Shown: piece by piece, positions 38,322 to 47,821 of the stretch | Position numbering within the stretch: the first letter of the stretch is position 1 | Layout of the letters: every line of letters begins with the position of its first letter | From: Candidatus Palauibacter poriticola | GTDB taxonomy: Bacteria > Gemmatimonadota > Gemmatimonadetes > Palauibacterales > Palauibacteraceae | NCBI GenBank assembly: GCA_012270965.1 | Contig: JAAXHJ010000082.1 | Coordinates: forward strand, 20,919-84,918 | Direction: 5' to 3' | Length of the DNA: 64,000 bases | Notes under the pieces: model-generated | Seen by the model: only the letters and a program-made list of their open reading frames with translations | Database searches by the model: none | What the model was told of the DNA's origin: nothing | Made by a program: the position numbers and the translations under genes

Positions 38322-41300
38322 ATGCGTACGCGCTCAGGGCTCCCGGTGTGTCTTCCTCTCCTCGCGGTGCTTGCCCTCGCCGCAACCCCTCTTCCCGCGC
38401 CGGCCCAGGACGCCGATCTGCAGGCGGCCGTCCAAGCGCTCGAATGGCGCGAAATCGGACCCACGATCATGGGTGGACGGATCGCCGACATCGCGGTCGA
38501 CGAATCCGACCCCTCCACCTTCTACGTCGGCGTCGCGACGGGCGGCGTATGGAAGACGATCAACCGCGGGAACACGTTCGAATCCGTCTTCGACGACCAG
38601 CCGATGCTCTCCGTCGGGGACATCACGCTCGCACCGTCGAACCCCAACGTCGTATGGGTCGGATCGGGCGAGCCGCAGAACCGGCAGTCGTCCCCGTGGG
38701 GGATGGGCGTGTTCCGGTCGACGGACGCCGGCCGGACGTGGACCCACCTCGGACTCGAGGCCACGCACCACATCTCGCGGATTCAGGTCCATCCGCGGAA
38801 TCCGGACGTGGCCTACGTGGCGGCGATGGGCCGCCTGTGGGGCGCGAACCCCGAGCGCGGGGTCTACCGAACGGTGGACGGCGGTCAAACTTGGGAACTC
38901 GTCCTCTACGTCGACGAGCACACGGGCGCGATCGACCTCGCGATGGATCCGGGCGATCCGATGACGCTGTTCGCGGCCATGTATCAGCGGCAGCGGACGC
39001 TGTGGGGCTTCAACGGCGGCGGTCCGGGCGGCGGCATCTACCGGACGATGGACGGCGGCGACAACTGGAAGAAGCTCGCGGGCGGCTTGCCGGAGGGTGA
39101 CGTCGGCCGCATCGGGCTCGACATCTATCGCCGGGACCCCAACATCGTGATGGCGATCGTCGAAGCCGACGCGCGCGCCCCGGGACAGGGCGGCGGTCCG
39201 CAGGGTGCCGGAGACCCCGACCGCAAGACGGGGACCTACAAGTCGACCGACCGCGGCGAGACGTGGGTGCAGACCAGCACGACCAACAACCGTCCCATGT
39301 ACTACAGCCAGATCCGCATCGATCCGAACGATCCGGAGCGGGTCTACCTCGGCGGTTCGAGTCTGTACCGCTCCTCCGACGGCGGGAACAACTTCACGCC
39401 CGACGCGGCCTCCGAGGTCCACTCCGACCACCACGCGCTGTGGATCGACCCGGCGAACTCCGACCACCTCATCCTGGGCGGTGACGGCGGCGTCTCGATC
39501 AGCTGGGACCGCTCCGACAACTGGCGCCAGCTCCGCAACCTGCCGCTCGCGCAGTTCTACGAGATCGGCGTCGACAACCGCGATCCCTATCACGTGTGCG
39601 GGGGCCTGCAGGACAACGGCTCGTGGTGCGGACCCTCGGACACTTGGTCCAACCAGGGGATCCGGCCGCGCGACTGGTACAACGTGGGCAGCGGCGACGG
39701 ATACTTCACCGTCCTCCATCCCAACGGCGAGGAGATGATCGCGGAGTCCCAGAACGGGAACCCGATGCGCGTGAACCTCAAGACGGGCGAGCGGCTGCGG
39801 ATGCGTCCGCTCGGGCGTCCGGAGGGGGAGGGCGAGGACCTGCCCGACTTCCGCTGGAACTGGGACACGCCGGTCGAGGTGTCGCCGCGCGATCCGAACA
39901 CGGTCTACTACGGGTCGAATGTCGTGTTCAAGACGCCCGACTACGGCCAGACGTGGGAGCAGATCTCGCCGGATCTGACGAAGAATATCGACCGCGAGAC
40001 GCTGGAGATCATGGGCGTCCCCGGCTCCGAGCCGATGATGTCGGCGAACGACGGGACCTCGAGCTTCGGCAACATGATCTCGATCGAGGAGTCGCCGCTC
40101 GATCCGATGGTCGTGTACGCGGGCACGGACGACGGGAACCTGCAGGTCACGCGAGACGGCGGTGGGACGTGGACGAACGTGGCGCCGAACATGCCGGGCG
40201 TCCCCGACCAGCTGTACATGACGCGCATCGTGGCCTCGCACGCCGACGCGGGGACGGTCTGGGTCGCGGGGGACAACCACCGCAACGACGACATGGACCC
40301 CTACCTGTACGTGTCGAACGATTTCGGCGAGTCGTGGCGGGCCGGCAGGGACGGAATCCCGGACGGCTGGTCGCTGAACGCGCTGGCGCAACACCCGCGG
40401 GCGGCGAACCTCCTCTTCGCCGGCAACGAGATCGGCACCTACTTCTCGATCGATGCGGGAAACTCGTGGCACCCGCTGCTGCGGAACATGCCGCCCGCGC
40501 CGGTGGACGACATCAAGATCCAGGAGCGCGAGAACGACCTCGTGATCGGCACGCACGGGCGCGGGATCTGGATCATGGAGGACATCACGCCGCTCGAGGA
40601 GCTGAGCCAGGCCGTGCTCGCCTCCGAGGCCCACCTCTTCTCAACCCAGTCGGCGGTCGCCTACAACCCGTACACGCCGCAGGGGTGGACGCCGGGCGTG
40701 TGGGAGGCGGAGAATCCGCCGCAGGGGGCCCGTATCCGCTACTGGCTGGGGAGCGACCTTCCGGACGCCCCGGTGGCGGAGGAGGAAGGCGGCGAGACTG
40801 GCGAGCGGGTCGTGACCGGGGGCGGGCCGTCCGCGAACGGCGATGACCCGGCGCCGATGTCCGAGATGGCGGGCACGGCGGCGATCACGATCCTCGACTC
40901 CGACGGCTCCGTCATCCGCGAACTCGAGGGCGGCGGCGACCGCGGCCTGAACGAGGTGATCTGGGACCTCCGCTACGAGCCGCCACCCGCACCACCGGGC
41001 GGGGGCGGATTCTTCTTCCGGGCGGGCAGCGTGGCGCCGAAGGTCCTCCCGGGGACGTACACGGCGCGACTGGAGGCGGCGGGGCAGGCGCTCGAGACGG
41101 TGGTCACGGTGCGGCTGGACCCGCGCGTGAACATCAGCCAGGGCGACCTCATGGCGCGGCAGGAGGCGCTCATGAGCGCGTATGCGCTCGCGAAGCCGAC
41201 GAACGAGGGGCTGCAGGCGCTGGCCCGGATGCGCGACCACCTGTCCGCCATCGAGGACCAGCTCGAGGGCCACGACGTGTCCGAATCCCTCACCGGGGAG

Positions 41301-41582
41301 GTCGAGGCCGTGGGCGAGGAGTTGGACGAGATCGGTGACGAACTCGACACGGCCCGGGGGGGCGCCGGCGTGTCCGGCAGCCTGTCCGGATACCACACCG
41401 CGCCGACGGCGGACATGCTCTACCAGCTCGAACGCGGCTGGGACGCGCTCCCCGGCGCCATCGACCGCCTCAACGTGGTCATCGAGGGCCGGATGCCGGC
41501 GCTCTACGCGGCGCTGCAGGCCGCGGGCGTCCGTCCGGAGCTTGGCGATCCGGTACGGGTCCCGATGCCGCCGATGCGCTGA
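38322..41582 (+). CDS. Secreted BNR/Asp-box repeat protein of the sortilin/VPS10-like family
   Basis: 1086 aa protein with a signal peptide. At least eight S-x-D-x-G-x-[TN]-[WF] Asp-box repeats are present (STDAGRTW, TVDGGQTW, TMDGGDNW, STDRGETW, TRDGGGTW, SIDAGNSW and others). The upstream part of the listed ORF overlaps blaR1 and is rejected. Confidence 0.85.
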   Translation: MRTRSGLPVCLPLLAVLALAATPLPAPAQDADLQAAVQALEWREIGPTIMGGRIADIAVDESDPSTFYVGVATGGVWKTINRGNTFESVFDDQPMLSVGDITLAPSNPNVVWVGSGEPQNRQSSPWGMGVFRSTDAGRTWTHLGLEATHHISRIQVHPRNPDVAYVAAMGRLWGANPERGVYRTVDGGQTWELVLYVDEHTGAIDLAMDPGDPMTLFAAMYQRQRTLWGFNGGGPGGGIYRTMDGGDNWKKLAGGLPEGDVGRIGLDIYRRDPNIVMAIVEADARAPGQGGGPQGAGDPDRKTGTYKSTDRGETWVQTSTTNNRPMYYSQIRIDPNDPERVYLGGSSLYRSSDGGNNFTPDAASEVHSDHHALWIDPANSDHLILGGDGGVSISWDRSDNWRQLRNLPLAQFYEIGVDNRDPYHVCGGLQDNGSWCGPSDTWSNQGIRPRDWYNVGSGDGYFTVLHPNGEEMIAESQNGNPMRVNLKTGERLRMRPLGRPEGEGEDLPDFRWNWDTPVEVSPRDPNTVYYGSNVVFKTPDYGQTWEQISPDLTKNIDRETLEIMGVPGSEPMMSANDGTSSFGNMISIEESPLDPMVVYAGTDDGNLQVTRDGGGTWTNVAPNMPGVPDQLYMTRIVASHADAGTVWVAGDNHRNDDMDPYLYVSNDFGESWRAGRDGIPDGWSLNALAQHPRAANLLFAGNEIGTYFSIDAGNSWHPLLRNMPPAPVDDIKIQERENDLVIGTHGRGIWIMEDITPLEELSQAVLASEAHLFSTQSAVAYNPYTPQGWTPGVWEAENPPQGARIRYWLGSDLPDAPVAEEEGGETGERVVTGGGPSANGDDPAPMSEMAGTAAITILDSDGSVIRELEGGGDRGLNEVIWDLRYEPPPAPPGGGGFFFRAGSVAPKVLPGTYTARLEAAGQALETVVTVRLDPRVNISQGDLMARQEALMSAYALAKPTNEGLQALARMRDHLSAIEDQLEGHDVSESLTGEVEAVGEELDEIGDELDTARGGAGVSGSLSGYHTAPTADMLYQLERGWDALPGAIDRLNVVIEGRMPALYAALQAAGVRPELGDPVRVPMPPMR

Positions 41583-41720
41583 CGCTGGCCGCCCGGGTGC
41601 GCCGACGCTGGCCGCCCGGGTGCGCTGGCGCTGGCCGCCGGTGCGCCGGGCGCGGCTGTGGGTGTGCCGACGCGGCCGCCGGTGCGCCGAGGCGGCCGCC
41701 GGACCGCCGATGCCAGGCTT
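41583..41720. repeat. Tandem ~21-23 bp GC-rich direct repeats (about 6 copies, GACGCTGGCCGCCCGGGTGCGCC-like)
   Basis: Visible as 'gacgctggccgcccgggtgcgcc gacgctggccgcccgggtgcgct ggcgctggccgccggtgcgcc ...'. A second set, 'gccggtgggcggcggcgcttcc' x3, lies at about 41766-41850. Confidence 0.7.
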
Positions 41721-41926
41721 GGTCCCGGCTCAAGCCGAAGCCGCCCGCCGCGAGCCCGGAGATTCGGGCTCGCCGGTGGGCGGCGGCGCTTCCCGGCCGG
41801 TGGGCGGCCGCTTCCTAGCCGGTGAGCGGCGGCGCTTCCGGGTCGGCGTGCTTTGGCTTCCCGGGCACGCCGTCGCCATAATGGGCACCGAACTCTGCAC
41901 ACGATCTGCGCAAGGAGAGTCCGCAC

Positions 41927-44725
41927 ATGTCGTTCTTCGTCCCCCATCGGGCTTCGGCCCGCGGCGTCCCGTCCGCCGCGATCATCCTCTGCGTCTTGGC
42001 GGCGCGACCCGGTCTCGCGCAGGAGCTGACGACCCCGGAGGCCTTCTTCGGCCACCGGATCGGCGCCGACTACGAACTCCCGGACTACGGCGATCTCACC
42101 CGCTACTGGGAGACGCTTGCCGCCGAGTCGCCGCGCATGACCCTGCAGTCGATCGGGACGACGGCCGAGGGGCGCGACCAGCTCATGGCGATCGTCACCT
42201 CGCCCGAAAACCACGCGAACCTCGACGAATACCGGGAGATCTCCGCCCGCCTCGCCCTCGCGCGCGGGGTGTCGGAGGCTGAGGCGCGTGCGCTCGCAAG
42301 ACGAGGGAAGGCGGTCGTGTGGATCGACGGCGGCCTCCACGCCACGGAGGTGCTGGGCGCGCAGCAGCTCATGGAGACGCTGTGGCAGTTCGTGAGCGGG
42401 ACCGACGATGAGACAATGCGAATCCTCGACGACGTCATCATCCTCTTCGTCCACGCAAACCCGGACGGGATGGACCTCGTCTCGAACTGGTATACGCGGA
42501 TCGAGGAGAAGACGGAGCGCTCCACGCGCGGGATTCCCGTCCTCTACCAGAAGTACGTGGGGCACGACAACAACCGGGACTTCTACACGTCCTTCCAGCC
42601 GGAATCGGAGAACATGAACCGGCAGATGTACCGGACGTGGTATCCGCAGATCGTCTACAACCACCACCAGACGGGACCCACCGGGACCGTGCTCTTCGCG
42701 CCCCCGTTCCGCGATCCGTTCAACTACAACATCGACCCGATGGTCATCACCGGGATCGATCTCGTGGGGTCCGCCATGCACTCGCGCTTCACGGAGGAGG
42801 GGAAGCCGGGGGCGACGCGGCGGCGCGGCGCGAACTACTCCACGTGGTGGAACGGCGGTCTGCGCACGACGCCCTACTTCAAGAACATGATCGGGCTCCT
42901 CACGGAAACGATCGGGAACCCGACCCCGATGGAGATCCCGCTGATACTCGAACGGGTCCTGCCCAACGACAATCTGCCGGCCCCCATCGAGCCGCAGCCG
43001 TGGCACTTCCGGCAGTCGGTCGACTATTCGGTGACCGCGAACAAGGCGGTGCTCGACGTGGCCTCCCGCTACCGCGAGACGTTCCTGTACCGCATCTGGC
43101 GCATGGGGATGAACTCGATCGAGCGCGGCGGCATGGACACCTGGACGGTTCAGCCCAGGCGAGTGGAATGGCTGCGCGAGGAAATGCGGGCCGGCGCGGC
43201 GGAGGCGGACTTCGCCCGCAACGTGGGCGGTTTCGGGGGCAGCCGCGGCACGCGCGCGGACTACGACAAGCTGTTCGATCCGGGCCTGCGCGATCCCCGC
43301 GGCTACATCCTCCCGTCGGATCAGGCTGACTTCCCGACCGCGACGAAGTTCGTCAACGCGCTGCTTGAGAACGGCGTGATCGTGGAGCGGGCGACGGCCG
43401 ATTTCAGTGTGGAAGGGAAGGAGTATCCCGCGGGCTCCTACGTGGTGCGGGCCGCGCAGGCGTTCCGCCCGCATGTGCTGGACATGTTCGAGCCGCAGGA
43501 CCACCCGGACGACTTCCTCTACCCGGGGGCCTCGCCGACGCCGCCGTACGACAACGCGGGGTGGACGCTCGCGGTCCAGATGGGGGTGGCGTTCAACCGC
43601 ATCCTGGAGGGTTTCGACGGGCCGTTCGAGGAGATCGCGGAGTGGAACGCGAGTCCGATGCCGGGGGCGGTCGCGGACCCGGACGGAGCGGACGGCTTTC
43701 TGTTCAGTCACGAGGTGAACGACGCGTTCACGGCGATCAACCGGCTGCAGGGGTCTGGGCACGAGGTCTACTGGCTTACCTCGCCGCTGCGCGAGGACGG
43801 GCGGATGCACCCGGCCGGCACCTTCTACGTGAAGAGCCGTCGCGGAACTACGGACGCGATCGCGTCGCTGGCCGCGGAGTTGGGGATCGACTTCCGGGGT
43901 TTGGCGAACGATCCGGACGTGGACGCCCTGAGGCTGCGGGCGCCCCGCATCGCGCTCTGGGACACGTACGGCGGCTCCATGCCGTCCGGCTGGATCCGCT
44001 GGATCCTCGAGCAGTTCGAGTACGCGGACTTCGAACTCGTCTTCCCGCAGCGGCTCGACGCGGGAGGTCTGAGCGACGACTACGACGTCATCATCTTCCC
44101 GCAAGGCGCCATCGGTGCGCGGTTCCAGTTCGGAGGGTTCGGCGCCCCGGAGCCGGAGACGATTCCCGAGGAGTACCGGGACCGGCTCGGCCGAGTCACC
44201 TCCGATGCGACGATGCCGGCGCTGATCGAGTTCCTCGAGGACGGCGGTTCGATCGTCACCATCGGCGGTTCGACAGACCTCGGGAGGGCACTCGGGCTCC
44301 CCCTCGAGGACCATCTGGTCAGGGACGGACAGCCGCTGGGCCGGGAGGAGTACTATGTGCCCGGGTCGATCCTGGAGGTCACGGTCGACAACTCGCGGCT
44401 CGTCGCCGCGGGGGTTCCGTCGACGCTCGCGGTATCGTTCAACAACAGCCCCGTGTTCTCCGCGCCGGCGCTGGCAGCGAAGAACGACGGGGCGAAGGGG
44501 GTGACCCCGCTCGCTTGGTTCGACACCGACAAACCTCTCATCAGCGGGTGGGCGTGGGGTCAGGAGTCCCTGCGGGGCGGCGTGACGATGGCGGAAGCGA
44601 GGGTGGGCAATGGGCATCTCTACCTGTTCGGCCCGCTCATCACGCGGCGCGCCCAGCCGCACGGCACCTTCAAGTTCCTCTTCAACGCGATCGCCCTCTC
44701 CACGGCCGAGCCCGCTCGCCCCTGA
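41927..44725 (+). CDS. M14-family zinc carboxypeptidase (large, secreted)
   Basis: An AAGGAGAG RBS and signal peptide are present. The zinc ligands lie in 'WIDGGLHATEV' (HxxE) and 'LFVHANPDG', with a catalytic region typical of M14. A long C-terminal extension follows. Confidence 0.85.
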   Translation: MSFFVPHRASARGVPSAAIILCVLAARPGLAQELTTPEAFFGHRIGADYELPDYGDLTRYWETLAAESPRMTLQSIGTTAEGRDQLMAIVTSPENHANLDEYREISARLALARGVSEAEARALARRGKAVVWIDGGLHATEVLGAQQLMETLWQFVSGTDDETMRILDDVIILFVHANPDGMDLVSNWYTRIEEKTERSTRGIPVLYQKYVGHDNNRDFYTSFQPESENMNRQMYRTWYPQIVYNHHQTGPTGTVLFAPPFRDPFNYNIDPMVITGIDLVGSAMHSRFTEEGKPGATRRRGANYSTWWNGGLRTTPYFKNMIGLLTETIGNPTPMEIPLILERVLPNDNLPAPIEPQPWHFRQSVDYSVTANKAVLDVASRYRETFLYRIWRMGMNSIERGGMDTWTVQPRRVEWLREEMRAGAAEADFARNVGGFGGSRGTRADYDKLFDPGLRDPRGYILPSDQADFPTATKFVNALLENGVIVERATADFSVEGKEYPAGSYVVRAAQAFRPHVLDMFEPQDHPDDFLYPGASPTPPYDNAGWTLAVQMGVAFNRILEGFDGPFEEIAEWNASPMPGAVADPDGADGFLFSHEVNDAFTAINRLQGSGHEVYWLTSPLREDGRMHPAGTFYVKSRRGTTDAIASLAAELGIDFRGLANDPDVDALRLRAPRIALWDTYGGSMPSGWIRWILEQFEYADFELVFPQRLDAGGLSDDYDVIIFPQGAIGARFQFGGFGAPEPETIPEEYRDRLGRVTSDATMPALIEFLEDGGSIVTIGGSTDLGRALGLPLEDHLVRDGQPLGREEYYVPGSILEVTVDNSRLVAAGVPSTLAVSFNNSPVFSAPALAAKNDGAKGVTPLAWFDTDKPLISGWAWGQESLRGGVTMAEARVGNGHLYLFGPLITRRAQPHGTFKFLFNAIALSTAEPARP

Positions 44726-44857
44726 GGGCGGCTGAATCCCACGTGTTGACAGCGAGTTGACGCAAGCACGGAGAATACGGTTGTTCGATCGCCGCAACCC
44801 CGCGGCGTATCTTGCAAGGTCGACTCGGGAGGGATCGTTGCGAAGGAAGAGGGCCGC

Positions 44858-45109
44858 ATGAGCGGCGAGATGATCGCGATCATTGCAGCCGCCATTGCGC
44901 TGGCGGGTGTGATGGTGCCGGGCATGCGCGGGATGCGGCGCGACATGCAGCAACTGGAGGTCCGGCTCACCGAGCGGATGACGGCGTTGGAGACGAAGCT
45001 CACTGAGCGGATGGCGCGGCTGGAGACGACGCTCACCGAGAGCGTGGCTCGCCTCGAGGGATTGTTCGAAGGGTCCATGCGCACACGAGAGCCGCGCAAG
45101 ACGCGGTGA
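44858..45109 (+). CDS. Small single-TM protein with four 11-residue (hendecad) repeats
   Basis: A GGAAGAGGG RBS precedes the TM helix 'MIAIIAAAIALAGVMV'. Four repeats follow: LEVRLTERMTA, LETKLTERMAR, LETTLTESVAR and LEGLFEGSMRT. The stop overlaps the GTG start of the next gene. Confidence 0.45.
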   Translation: MSGEMIAIIAAAIALAGVMVPGMRGMRRDMQQLEVRLTERMTALETKLTERMARLETTLTESVARLEGLFEGSMRTREPRKTR

Positions 45110-45984
45110 CACCGCCTGCCCTCTCCGTCATCCTCAGCACGTACAACGCGCCGGACGAACTGGAACGGGCGCTCTGGGGTTACTCGGCGCAGACACGCGA
45201 AGGGTTCGAGGTGGTGGTCGCGGATGACGGATCCGGCCCCGAGACGCGCGACCGAATCAAGCGCCTGAGGGCATCCACCGGTCTCGCGATCTCCCATCTC
45301 TGGCAGGAGGACGACGGGTTCAAAAAGTGTCGAATCCTGAACCGGGCGATCGCCGAGGCCCGCGGAGATTATCTCATCCTCAGCGACGGCGACTGCATCC
45401 CGCGGGACGACTTCGTGGATGCGCACGCTAGGCTCGCCAGACCGGGGTTCTTCGTTTCGGGCGGCAGGATTCGCCTCTCGAGCGCGGCCGGGGCGCGAAT
45501 CGAGAGAGCGGATGTTCTCGACGGTTCGCTGTTCGAGTCGCCGTGGCTCCATGAGAAACAAGCGCTGACGCGGAGGCGGGACCGGAGCAAACTCAGCCGC
45601 TCGCCTCGTCGCGCCACGTGGTTTGATCGCTTGACGACGACGCGGGCGACGTGGAACGGGCACAACGCCTCGGCTTGGAAGACCGACCTCCTGCGCGTGA
45701 ACGGCTTCGACGAGCGCATGACGTACCCGGTCGAGGACCGCGAACTGGGCGAGCGTCTCCGCAACGCCGGGATTCGCGCCCGCCAAGCTCGGCATCGGGC
45801 GGTCTGCGCGCACGTCGAGCACGACCGGCCTTGGTTGGATCCCGAAGCGCGGGCGAGAAACGAACGGTTGCGCGCCGAGACGCGCGGCGTGCCCCGGCCG
45901 CTCCGCATCTTCCAAGGGTTCGTGCGAGGGCGCGAATGGACGGAGCACGGGATTCGGAAGGGCCCGAGGCCGGTTCAGTCGTAG
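45106..45984 (+). CDS. Glycosyltransferase family 2 with GalT-like (Glyco_transf_7C-type) C-terminal region
   Basis: 'VILSTYNAPDELERAL', 'VVVADDGSGPETR' and 'DGDCIPRDDFV' (DxD motif) are present. The C-terminal 'LRVNGFDERMTYPVEDRELGERL' is also present. Confidence 0.8.
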   Translation: MTPPALSVILSTYNAPDELERALWGYSAQTREGFEVVVADDGSGPETRDRIKRLRASTGLAISHLWQEDDGFKKCRILNRAIAEARGDYLILSDGDCIPRDDFVDAHARLARPGFFVSGGRIRLSSAAGARIERADVLDGSLFESPWLHEKQALTRRRDRSKLSRSPRRATWFDRLTTTRATWNGHNASAWKTDLLRVNGFDERMTYPVEDRELGERLRNAGIRARQARHRAVCAHVEHDRPWLDPEARARNERLRAETRGVPRPLRIFQGFVRGREWTEHGIRKGPRPVQS

Positions 45985-46799
45985 CCGTCGATTCCCCGTT
46001 CGGCGCGGACCGCGTCGGAGCGAAGACGGCGCTCCAGGCGCTTGCGGCTCGCCGGGTCGGGCGACCGCGCCTCGTGCCAGAGGTGCAGAACCGGGACGGC
46101 GTAGCGCCCCTCCTTGCGTCGCACGCCGCTGCGGATGAGGCGGACGACGAGGTCGTTGTCCTCGAAGCCCCAGCCTTGGAAGCCCTCGTCGAACCCGTTC
46201 ACCGCCACGAAGTCCGAACGCCACAGGGCGAGATTGCACCCCTTGACGCCATGCCACCGCCGGGGTGACATCTGGCGCAGGGGTCCCAGCGGCAGGCGCA
46301 GCAGAGGCGTGAAGCGGTCCACGCGTCCCCGGAGCCACTCGCCGAGCCAGCGGACGGCGCCCCAGCGCTCGATTGCGGGCGGGACCTGCCCGATCGCGAA
46401 CCGCGAGAGTCCGGGGGCGAGCCGCACCCGGCTCCCGTGGACGAAATGCCCCGGCTCGGCGAACCGTGCGTGTCTCGCCACATAGTCCGGCCGCACGAGA
46501 CAATCGCCGTCGAGGAAGATGAGGTACGGCTGGTCGGTCGCGGCGGCGGCCCTGTTCCGGATCGCGGCCAGTCGATACCCCCGGTCCTCTTGCCGGACGT
46601 GCCGTAGGTCGAGGCCGGATTCCTCCGCGTGCCACAGGACGAGTTCGCGCGTCTCCGGGCCGGAACCGTCATCGGCCACGACGATCTCGAAGCGGCGGTA
46701 CGTCTGTTCGGCGAGACTCCTCAGGACCGCGTGGAGGGCGTCGGGCCGGTCATGGGTCGAGACGATGACCGCGATTCCGGGGCCGTCGGACGCCTTCAC
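45975..46799 (-). CDS. Glycosyltransferase family 2 paralog (GalT-like C-terminus)
   Basis: 'VIVSTHDRPDALHAVLRSL', 'IVVADDGSGPETR', 'DGDCLVRPDYV' and 'VAVNGFDEGFQGWGFEDNDLVVRL' are present. The gene is convergent with its paralog at 45106. Confidence 0.8.
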   Translation of the reverse strand: MKASDGPGIAVIVSTHDRPDALHAVLRSLAEQTYRRFEIVVADDGSGPETRELVLWHAEESGLDLRHVRQEDRGYRLAAIRNRAAAATDQPYLIFLDGDCLVRPDYVARHARFAEPGHFVHGSRVRLAPGLSRFAIGQVPPAIERWGAVRWLGEWLRGRVDRFTPLLRLPLGPLRQMSPRRWHGVKGCNLALWRSDFVAVNGFDEGFQGWGFEDNDLVVRLIRSGVRRKEGRYAVPVLHLWHEARSPDPASRKRLERRLRSDAVRAERGIDGYD

Positions 46800-47821
46800 A
46801 CCAAGTATCCCGCGCGCTCCATGACGGGGCCGAACGCGGCTTCGATCCGGGCCGCGTCGGCCGGATCAAGCTCATCCCTCCACCCCTCGGCCTCTCCCCG
46901 GCGAACGAACCGCCCCTCGCCACGCGCGCGCCCCGCGTAGGCCTCCGCGCCGTAGCGCCCCTCCAAGTCTCGCATGGCCTCGAACGACCCGCGCGCCACC
47001 GCCCGCGAGAGCCTCGCGGATGTTTCCGCAGCAACGTCTCCCGCGGCGGCCTGTCTCGCGGCAGCCTGTCCCACCGCAAGGTGTCCCACGGCAAGGTCGT
47101 CCACGGCAAGGTCTTCCGCCGGAACACCGCCCGCGGGAACCGCTCCGATGAACTCCGCCACGCGGCGCAACGCCGCCCCGCGGTCGGCGACAATATCCTC
47201 GTAGCGCACCACGCAGACCCTCTCCCCGCCCTCCGCGCGCCGGAGCGCCGCCGCGACCTGCCGGTCCCATCGCATCAGGTGCCGGTGCCAGGCGTCGAAC
47301 GGAGCGCCGCCGGACAGGTATCCATCCACAAACCTCGAGAGCGTCATGTCACGGTCATCGAACATCGTCGCGAACATGTGCCGGAAGGAGACCAGGACCG
47401 CCCGCGGATCACGCACGAGATAAACGGTTCCGGGATAGCGTCGCGGATGGCGGGGATACTCGTTCCGGAACACCCTCGGGTCCGGGAGGTGGCCGTAGGT
47501 GGTGATCGCGTGGTCGCGGCCGTGAACGAACGGCACGTAGTCGCCGACGTTGTAGAGATTCACGTCCCCGCGGCGATCATCCGACAGCAACACGGCCAGC
47601 ATGTATGCGAGCCAGGTGTTCCCCGACTTGGGATGGCCGACAAGGAAGACATCGGTGGGCCGCAGGGCCCGGCGAAACTCGGGCTCCCGCAGCCGGTTCC
47701 GAAGCCCGTCGCGCAGCCGGTAATACCCGGCTTGGCGCTTGCCGCGACCGAACCATCGCTTGAAGGCGGGGACCGGGCGCCGCCGGATCCGGGGCGGGTC
47801 GAGCCTCGCAGGCCGGTTCAC
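46796..47821 (-). CDS. Sulfotransferase (cytosolic SULT-like, PF00685-type)
   Basis: The 5'-PSB motif 'HPKSGNTW' and 3'-PB motif 'RDPRAVLVSFRHMF' match the PAPS-binding signatures of the Sulfotransfer_1 family. The GTG start at 47821 overlaps the upstream gene's stop (GTGA). The longer ORF-track start would overlap the upstream gene. Confidence 0.7.
   Translation of the reverse strand: MNRPARLDPPRIRRRPVPAFKRWFGRGKRQAGYYRLRDGLRNRLREPEFRRALRPTDVFLVGHPKSGNTWLAYMLAVLLSDDRRGDVNLYNVGDYVPFVHGRDHAITTYGHLPDPRVFRNEYPRHPRRYPGTVYLVRDPRAVLVSFRHMFATMFDDRDMTLSRFVDGYLSGGAPFDAWHRHLMRWDRQVAAALRRAEGGERVCVVRYEDIVADRGAALRRVAEFIGAVPAGGVPAEDLAVDDLAVGHLAVGQAAARQAAAGDVAAETSARLSRAVARGSFEAMRDLEGRYGAEAYAGRARGEGRFVRRGEAEGWRDELDPADAARIEAAFGPVMERAGYLV

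Noticed and set aside
38334-40634. 766 aa minus-strand ORF antisense to the VPS10-like gene
   Set aside because: It is antisense to a gene with eight Asp-box repeats. Its translation is Arg/Val/Pro-rich.
41504-45112. 1202 aa minus-strand ORF spanning the M14 carboxypeptidase gene
   Set aside because: It is antisense to a gene with clear M14 zinc-ligand motifs, and the ORF also runs through the intergenic tandem repeats.
44620-46635. 671 aa minus-strand ORF across the small protein, the first GT2 gene and the second GT2 paralog
   Set aside because: It crosses three independently supported genes on both strands and is Arg/Pro-rich.
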